This document shows positions 58,614 to 64,000 of a stretch of 64,000 nucleotides of DNA, in pieces; position 1 is the first letter of the stretch, and each line of letters opens with the position of its first letter. Position numbers and translations under genes: made by a program. The notes beneath the pieces were generated by a model. It made no database searches. It worked only from the letters and a program-made list of their open reading frames with translations, and was not told where the DNA came from. The stretch is from NCBI GenBank assembly GCA_965662775.1, contig CBFIIW010000015.1, positions 6,946-70,945 of the forward strand. Direction: 5' to 3'. The stretch is from Alphaproteobacteria bacterium. GTDB taxonomy: Bacteria; Pseudomonadota; Alphaproteobacteria; UBA7985.

Positions 58614-61172
58614 CTACCTTTTAGCCGATTTTTTTGCTGGCGTCTTTTTGCCTTTTTTAGCGTCGATCAGGGCAATAGCCTCTTCCAGTGTAACGCCCTT
58701 GGGGTCGCTGCCCTTGGGCAAGGTCGCATTGATCCGGCCGTGTTTAACGTATGGGCCATAGCGGCCCTCGTGCAGGGTGATCGGTTTCTCGTCTTTCGGG
58801 TGTTTACCCAGCTCAGTCCCGCCAGACGCTCCACCACCCTTGATCTTGCTCTGCTTCTCGACGATCAGGGCAACGGCGCGGTTCAGGCCGATCTCCAGCA
58901 CACTCTCGTCTTTGGGAATGTTCGCATAGGTCGAGCCCTTCTTCACGAACGGGCCAAAGCGACCGATCCCGGCTGTAACCATTTCGCCCTCGTGCTCGCC
59001 AACATCTCGGGGCAGGGCCAGAAGGTCGATGGCCTTTTCCAATGTCACGTCCGAGGGCTCCATGCCCTTGGGCAGGGAGGCGCGCTTAGGCTTCTTGCCC
59101 TCACCGGCGTCATCCGGCAAGCCGAGCTGAACGTACCAGCCGTAGGGACCCTTTTTGAGGTAGATGCTCAGACCCGTTTCCGGATCGATGCCCAGCGGTT
59201 CGTCATCCTTTGGTGCTTCGCGGGGCCTTTCAGTGTTTCCTCGGGTCAACTGATCAGTAAAGCGACAGGTCGGATAGTTATTGCACCCGATAAAGCCGCC
59301 CGTCTTGCCGAACTTCAACGACAAGCGACCATCGTCGCACGACGGGCACTTCCTCGGGTCGAAGTTCAGCGCTGTACCGTCTTCCTTGTTGCTGGGGAAA
59401 AAGTGCTCACCCAAAGTTTCGTCGAGCACGTCGATAACTTCAGAAATTCGCAGCTCCTGCGTTTCCTCAATCAATTTGTGGAAGTCGGTCCAAAATGCAT
59501 TCAGCACTTTTTTCCACGCCAGCCGACCACCTGAAATATCGTCCAGCTGTTCTTCAAGGGCAGCGGTGAAGTCGTATTCGACATAGCGCCGGAAGAAGTT
59601 GGAGAGGAAGGCAACGACCACCCGTCCTCGTTCCGCAGGGATGAAACGACGCTGGTCCAGCCGCACGTACTCGCGATCCTGAAGCACCGAGATGATCGAG
59701 GCGTAGGTCGACGGCCGGCCGATGCCGAGTTCTTCCATCTTTTTGACCAGCGTTGCCTCACTGTAACGTGGTGGTGGAGCGGTGAAGTGCTGCTCTGCCT
59801 TGACCTCTTGACGATCCAGCAGCTGTCCCTTTTCAAGCCGTGGCAAGCGCTGGTCATCTTCTTCGTCACCGCTGTCGTCGCGACCTTCTTGGTAGACTTT
59901 GATGAAGCCGTCGAAAGCCAGCACAGAACCGGTGGCGCGCAGCTGAGCCGCGCCAGTATCCACGTCGATATCAACGCCGACCTGATCGAACACAGCAGCG
60001 GACATCTGGCAGGCAATCGTTCGCTTCCATATCAGTGAATAGAGCCGCAGCTGGTCTTTATCCAGCACGTTGGCAACGTCGTCCGGCTTGCGGGAAAGCA
60101 GCGTGGGGCGAATAGCCTCGTGGGCTTCCTGCGCGTTCTTGGCCTTAGACTTATAGAATCGCGGGTTTTCCGGAATATAGGCGGTGCCGTAGTCGCTGCT
60201 GATTAATTCGCGTGCACTGTCGAGCGCTTCTTTTGAAAGCTGCACGCCATCGGTTCGCATGTAGGTGATAAGACCCACGGTCTCGCCGCCGATTTCCATG
60301 CCTTCGTAGAGTTTCTGCGCCACGCGCATGGTGTGGGCGGCGGAGAACCCGAGCTTGCGGCTGGCTTCTTGCTGCAGGGTCGAGGTGGTGAAAGGCGGTG
60401 AGGGGTTCTGGCGGCGCTGCTTTTGCTCAATGTCCAGCACGCGCAAGGCGGTGGCGTTCTCGACTACGGCCTTCGCGGCGGTGGCCGAAGCCTCATCTCC
60501 AAGGCTGAACTTGGTGAGTTTTGTGCCGTCGAGTTGGGTCAGGCGCGCCGCCAGCTGCTGCGACTTGCCGTCGTTCAGCGTCGCGATCACGTCCCAGTAT
60601 TCAACCGGTACGAAGGTCTCGATCTCAGCTTCTCGTTCGGAAATCAGTCGCAGCGCAACCGACTGCACCCGTCCAGCTGAGCGGGAACCCGGCAGTTTGC
60701 GCCACAAGATGGGTGAGAGGTTGAAGCCAACCAGATAGTCGAGCGCGCGCCGGGCCATATAGGCGTCTACGAGATCTTGATCAACCATCCGTGGATGTAG
60801 AAAAGCGTCCTTGACCGCGGTCTTCGTGATCTCGTTAAAGACCACGCGCTTAACGTCCTTGCCTTTGAGCTTTCCGCGTTTTTCCAGCTCATCCATGATG
60901 TGCCAGGAGATTGCTTCGCCTTCGCGGTCCGGGTCAGTGGCGAGGATCAGCTGGTCATGGTTCTTGAGTGCCTTTTCGATGTCCTTCAGGCGTTTGTTGC
61001 TATCCGCTTCGACCAGCCAGGACATTTCGAAATCTTTGTCGGGATTGACCGACCCGTCTTTAGCCGGAAGGTCGCGAATGTGCCCAAAACTGGCCAGCAC
61101 CTCGAAATCTGAACCGAGGTACTTGTTGATGGTTTTTGCTTTGGAAGGGGACTCAACGACAACGACGCTCAT
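58614..61172 (-). CDS. topA: DNA topoisomerase I
   Basis: The ATG at 61172 gives MSVVVVESPSKAKTINKYLG (TOPRIM). It also has YMRTDG around the active-site Tyr and C-terminal Zn-ribbon-like repeats. Confidence 0.95.
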   Translation of the reverse strand: MSVVVVESPSKAKTINKYLGSDFEVLASFGHIRDLPAKDGSVNPDKDFEMSWLVEADSNKRLKDIEKALKNHDQLILATDPDREGEAISWHIMDELEKRGKLKGKDVKRVVFNEITKTAVKDAFLHPRMVDQDLVDAYMARRALDYLVGFNLSPILWRKLPGSRSAGRVQSVALRLISEREAEIETFVPVEYWDVIATLNDGKSQQLAARLTQLDGTKLTKFSLGDEASATAAKAVVENATALRVLDIEQKQRRQNPSPPFTTSTLQQEASRKLGFSAAHTMRVAQKLYEGMEIGGETVGLITYMRTDGVQLSKEALDSARELISSDYGTAYIPENPRFYKSKAKNAQEAHEAIRPTLLSRKPDDVANVLDKDQLRLYSLIWKRTIACQMSAAVFDQVGVDIDVDTGAAQLRATGSVLAFDGFIKVYQEGRDDSGDEEDDQRLPRLEKGQLLDRQEVKAEQHFTAPPPRYSEATLVKKMEELGIGRPSTYASIISVLQDREYVRLDQRRFIPAERGRVVVAFLSNFFRRYVEYDFTAALEEQLDDISGGRLAWKKVLNAFWTDFHKLIEETQELRISEVIDVLDETLGEHFFPSNKEDGTALNFDPRKCPSCDDGRLSLKFGKTGGFIGCNNYPTCRFTDQLTRGNTERPREAPKDDEPLGIDPETGLSIYLKKGPYGWYVQLGLPDDAGEGKKPKRASLPKGMEPSDVTLEKAIDLLALPRDVGEHEGEMVTAGIGRFGPFVKKGSTYANIPKDESVLEIGLNRAVALIVEKQSKIKGGGASGGTELGKHPKDEKPITLHEGRYGPYVKHGRINATLPKGSDPKGVTLEEAIALIDAKKGKKTPAKKSAKR

Positions 61173-61229
61173 CTGTTCTCCGGTCATAACAAGGCGAGCC
61201 AAAGGGGCCAAGTCCCTGTATTCGTTAGG

Positions 61230-62354
61230 TTAAATGAGGCGACATACCAGGTTGCCCGCCGTTCTTTCAACGGTGCCGCCCAGCTCCAGCTCTACCAGAG
61301 CCGCCGCGCCCAATCGCGCCGGTACTTGGCACTCGCGAAAGAGTTCGTCAATGCTACACGGCGTCGGTCCCAGACATTTGAGTAGAGAATCGCGGGCCAA
61401 ACGGACGTCATCGTCGGAGAGTTTTGTTAGTGGCTGCGTGCTGGTTTTGAGGGGTTTGGGCTCGTGCAGGGTCTGCAGCGCTGGCGGGCAGTCGAGCACG
61501 TCCTGCGCCGAGCAAACCAGCGCAGCACCATCTCGCAGCAGCTGATTCGTGCCCGCAGCCCTAGGGTCCAGCGGGTTCCCGGGAACAGCACAGACTTCGC
61601 GCGAGAAATCTGCTGCGTATCGGGCGGTGATTAGTGAGCCAGAACGTTCTGCCGCTTCGACCACAACCGTTGCCGCCGCGATGCCTGCGATGATGCGGTT
61701 ACGGTGTGGGAAGTGACGTGCGGTCGGTTGCATCGACAGCGGCATCTCAGCGATGACAACGGCATTGTTGACCAGTTCTTCGTAAAGCTCGCCGTGTTCG
61801 CGCGGGTATATGATGTCGACCCCACCAGCGACCACAGCGACTGTCATGCCTTGAGCAACCGTTGCTCTATGCACGGCCGCGTCGATCCCCCGCGCCAGGC
61901 CAGAGGTGAGGCTGAGGCCCTGAGCGCTCAGGTTTTGCGCCAGTCCAGCGGCAAAGCGTTGTCCGTTGGTAGAAGCATTGCGCGCGCCCACCATGGCGAC
62001 CGATGGAGCGGACAGTATGGCTGGATTCCCGCGCACTGATAGTACGGGGGGCGGGTCATCAATCTGGCGCAGCAATGGTGGAAAGACGGCATCAACGGCA
62101 ACAAGCAAATGTCCGCCAATGCCACGGAGACCGAGATATTCCTGCTCTGCCAATTCCGCAGCGAAGGGTTGGAGTGGTTTTCGGGCGCCGCCGTGCCGCG
62201 AAAGATCTGGCAAGGCGTCTAAAGCCGCCTGCGCGGTCTCAAATCGGTCCAGTAGCGACCAAAAACTGTGCGGACCGACGCGGCGGGTGCGGATCAGCCG
62301 CAGCCAGGCGCCTCTTTCGGCAGGTTCGACGGTTCGTGTTGATAGCAGGGTCAT
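61230..62354 (-). CDS. dprA: DNA-processing protein DprA
   Basis: AMVGARNAS..G, LTSGLARGIDAAVH, SGSLITARYA. An alternative TTG start lies at 62372. Confidence 0.9.
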   Translation of the reverse strand: MTLLSTRTVEPAERGAWLRLIRTRRVGPHSFWSLLDRFETAQAALDALPDLSRHGGARKPLQPFAAELAEQEYLGLRGIGGHLLVAVDAVFPPLLRQIDDPPPVLSVRGNPAILSAPSVAMVGARNASTNGQRFAAGLAQNLSAQGLSLTSGLARGIDAAVHRATVAQGMTVAVVAGGVDIIYPREHGELYEELVNNAVVIAEMPLSMQPTARHFPHRNRIIAGIAAATVVVEAAERSGSLITARYAADFSREVCAVPGNPLDPRAAGTNQLLRDGAALVCSAQDVLDCPPALQTLHEPKPLKTSTQPLTKLSDDDVRLARDSLLKCLGPTPCSIDELFRECQVPARLGAAALVELELGGTVERTAGNLVCRLI

Positions 62355-62419
62355 GAACCCTGAATAGAACAAAATAGTAAAATATCAACTTAAAGAAAAA
62401 AGCGGGTGAAATCGAACGG

Positions 62420-62935
62420 TCACAGGGCGTCCAGTGCTGACTGAAGGATAACGACCGCCGCCATTTGATCGACGATCTTGCGTCGTTTTCCGCGCGTCAT
62501 ATCCATTTCACCAATGAGAAACTTCTCCACCATGCTGGAGGTTAGGCGCTCGTCCCACAACAGGGTGGGCAGGTCGATGCCTGCGAGTGTGCGCAGGTTG
62601 CGGGCAAAGGCAATCGTAGCCTGGCATCTAGGACCGGGAGTCCCGTCCATCTGCAGTGGCCAGCCCAGTACGATTGCCTTCACGTCGCGCTCTGTGAAAA
62701 CCTCTCGCAATCGGGGAACATCGTCGGCGAATCTCTTGCCACGGACCAGTGTTTCGATTGGCGATGCGACGGTGCGCAGTCCATCGGATATGGCCAAGCC
62801 TATTTTGCGGTCGCCAAAGTCGATTCCGATTACCCGATCTCCCGGGCTCAGTGTCTGGCGCATAGCAGCCAGATCAACTTCCTGAAAGCTTCTGGCCTTG
62901 TTTAGGGCGGGCGGTTGTTGATCGCTCATAGTCAC
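62420..62935 (-). CDS. ruvX: Holliday junction resolvase-like protein RuvX (YqgF)
   Basis: VIGIDFGDRKIGLAISD.., PLQMDGT, DERLTS. Confidence 0.9.
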   Translation of the reverse strand: MTMSDQQPPALNKARSFQEVDLAAMRQTLSPGDRVIGIDFGDRKIGLAISDGLRTVASPIETLVRGKRFADDVPRLREVFTERDVKAIVLGWPLQMDGTPGPRCQATIAFARNLRTLAGIDLPTLLWDERLTSSMVEKFLIGEMDMTRGKRRKIVDQMAAVVILQSALDAL

Positions 62936-62989
62936 GCTGCTACCAAGATTTCAAACAGATAGACATCATTTCCCGAGACAAAGCCACTT

Positions 62990-63277
62990 ATGAGCATCAC
63001 CCGAGAAACTGTCGAGCAGGCAGCACGCCTGGCGCGGCTGACCGTTGCGGACGAGGACAAAGACCGCCTTGCCGGTGAACTGTCCGCCATTCTGGGCTTC
63101 GTTGAACAGCTTGACGCGATCGACACTAGCGAAGTCGATCCGCTGACCTCCGTCGTCGGCGCCACCGCCCGTATGCGCACGGATGCCGTGACAGCTGGGG
63201 ATGAGCCCGAACGGGTCCTCGCCAATGCACCAGACCGGGTCACGGATTTCTATGCCGTGCCCAAGGTCGTTGAGTGA
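62990..63277 (+). CDS. gatC: Asp/Glu-tRNA amidotransferase subunit C
   Basis: [25 protein letters not shown], 95 aa, directly upstream of gatA. Confidence 0.92.
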   Translation: MSITRETVEQAARLARLTVADEDKDRLAGELSAILGFVEQLDAIDTSEVDPLTSVVGATARMRTDAVTAGDEPERVLANAPDRVTDFYAVPKVVE

Positions 63278-63287
63278 GGGCCGAGCA

Positions 63288-64000
63288 ATGACAGAACTCA
63301 ACCGCCTTTCGATTGCTGCGGCGCGTGACGGTCTCGCAAAGGGTGATTTTTCCGCCCGCGAGCTTACGCAATCCTGCGCGGATGCCATGGCTGCGCGTGG
63401 TGACCTTGGCGCCTTCATCACCCCGACGCCGGAGCGCGCGCTGGAGGCCGCTGATCAGGCCGATGCAAGGCGCAAGTCCGGTGATGACGCCCCGCTACTG
63501 GGCATCCCTTTGGGCATCAAGGACTTGTTTTGCACCGAAGGGGTTCAGACAACGGCAGCTTCAAAGATCCTGCAGGGTTTTATTCCAACCTACGAGAGTA
63601 GTGTGACCACCAACCTTCTGCGTGACGGTGCGGTGTTCATGGGCAAGCTCAACCTCGATGAGTTTGCAATGGGTTCGTCGAACACGACCTCGTTCTACGG
63701 CAATGTCGTCAATCCCTGGCAGTCAACCTCTAAGCCAGACATGCAGCTGGTGCCCGGAGGATCATCGGGCGGATCGGCTTCGGCCGTTGCGGCGCGGCTT
63801 TGCCTGGGTGCGACTGGAACGGACACAGGCGGGTCAATCCGACAGCCTGCTGCCTTCTGCGGCATCACCGGGCTGAAGCCGACCTATGGCCGCTGTTCGC
63901 GCTGGGGAATTGTGGCCTTTGCTTCGTCATTGGACCAGGCGGGGCCAATGGCGCGTTCGGTTGAGGACTGTGCCATTCTTCTGGGGTCAATGGCTGGATT
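63288..64000 (+). CDS. gatA: Asp/Glu-tRNA amidotransferase subunit A, 5' part; continues beyond the window
   Basis: Hand translation from the ATG at 63288 gives [16 protein letters not shown].., GIKDLFCT and the amidase signature [25 protein letters not shown]. Confidence 0.93.
   Translation, partial: MTELNRLSIAAARDGLAKGDFSARELTQSCADAMAARGDLGAFITPTPERALEAADQADARRKSGDDAPLLGIPLGIKDLFCTEGVQTTAASKILQGFIPTYESSVTTNLLRDGAVFMGKLNLDEFAMGSSNTTSFYGNVVNPWQSTSKPDMQLVPGGSSGGSASAVAARLCLGATGTDTGGSIRQPAAFCGITGLKPTYGRCSRWGIVAFASSLDQAGPMARSVEDCAILLGSMAG

Noticed and set aside
1-64000. CRISPR arrays, IS elements or transposases, integrases, prophage blocks, toxin-antitoxin pairs and known defence systems.
   Set aside because: No regularly spaced direct repeats were seen, and no ORF carries transposase, integrase, reverse transcriptase, nuclease-helicase or defence-like motifs. 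Every ORF above about 150 aa in a sense frame has a housekeeping assignment, except the single lipoprotein at 17714-18601.

Overview
This is a GC-rich (about 58-60% by eye, not computed) core chromosomal region that looks alphaproteobacterial. The pointers are lpxI, rpoH, a zinc-finger-type DinB N-terminus, an RGG-rich S5 N-terminus, an alpha operon lacking rpsD and rpmJ, and the rpsB-to-lpxB gene order. I call about 62 protein genes, one tRNA, one riboswitch and several terminators.

Content in order:
- 3' end of the class II (B12) ribonucleotide reductase gene, a DsbA-like isomerase, mgtE and tRNA-Leu(GAG)
- lipB-nudix-sppA, followed by the spc and alpha ribosomal-protein operons (rplN to rplQ, including secY, adk and rpoA) with an appended SCO1 gene
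- a small mixed block: FAD oxidoreductase, orphan lipoprotein, ltaE, rluD, rpoH, gloA and asmA
- MATE-ppk-ppx, an Fe-ADH, a nitronate monooxygenase and a DUF192 gene
- a TPP riboswitch in front of a thiXY-like importer, then a tandem USP
- the conserved block rpsB-tsf-pyrH-frr-uppS-cdsA-dxr-rseP-bamA-skp-lpxD-fabZ-lpxA-lpxI-lpxB
- an alpha/beta hydrolase, dinB, rpmG (55 aa, absent from the ORF track), an S41 protease, rnr, topA, dprA, ruvX and gatC-gatA(partial)

I found no CRISPR array, no transposase, integrase or IS ends, no phage block, and no recognisable defence, toxin-antitoxin or secretion island. I cannot support a claim of a new multi-gene system here.

The points worth a second look are modest:
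- an ATPase-less riboswitch-controlled thiXY pair
- an alpha/beta hydrolase translationally coupled to lpxB
- a recurring pattern of low-complexity terminal extensions on housekeeping proteins (S2, PPK1, SecY, L17, LpxD, NrdJ, AsmA)
- a spc operon detached from the S10 operon, with unusually long structured spacers
- an AT-rich island with a possible small transcript next to a Cys-rich orphan lipoprotein
- a perfect DnaA box inside an inverted repeat between dxr and rseP

All family assignments rest on motif recognition by eye. No database search was run.
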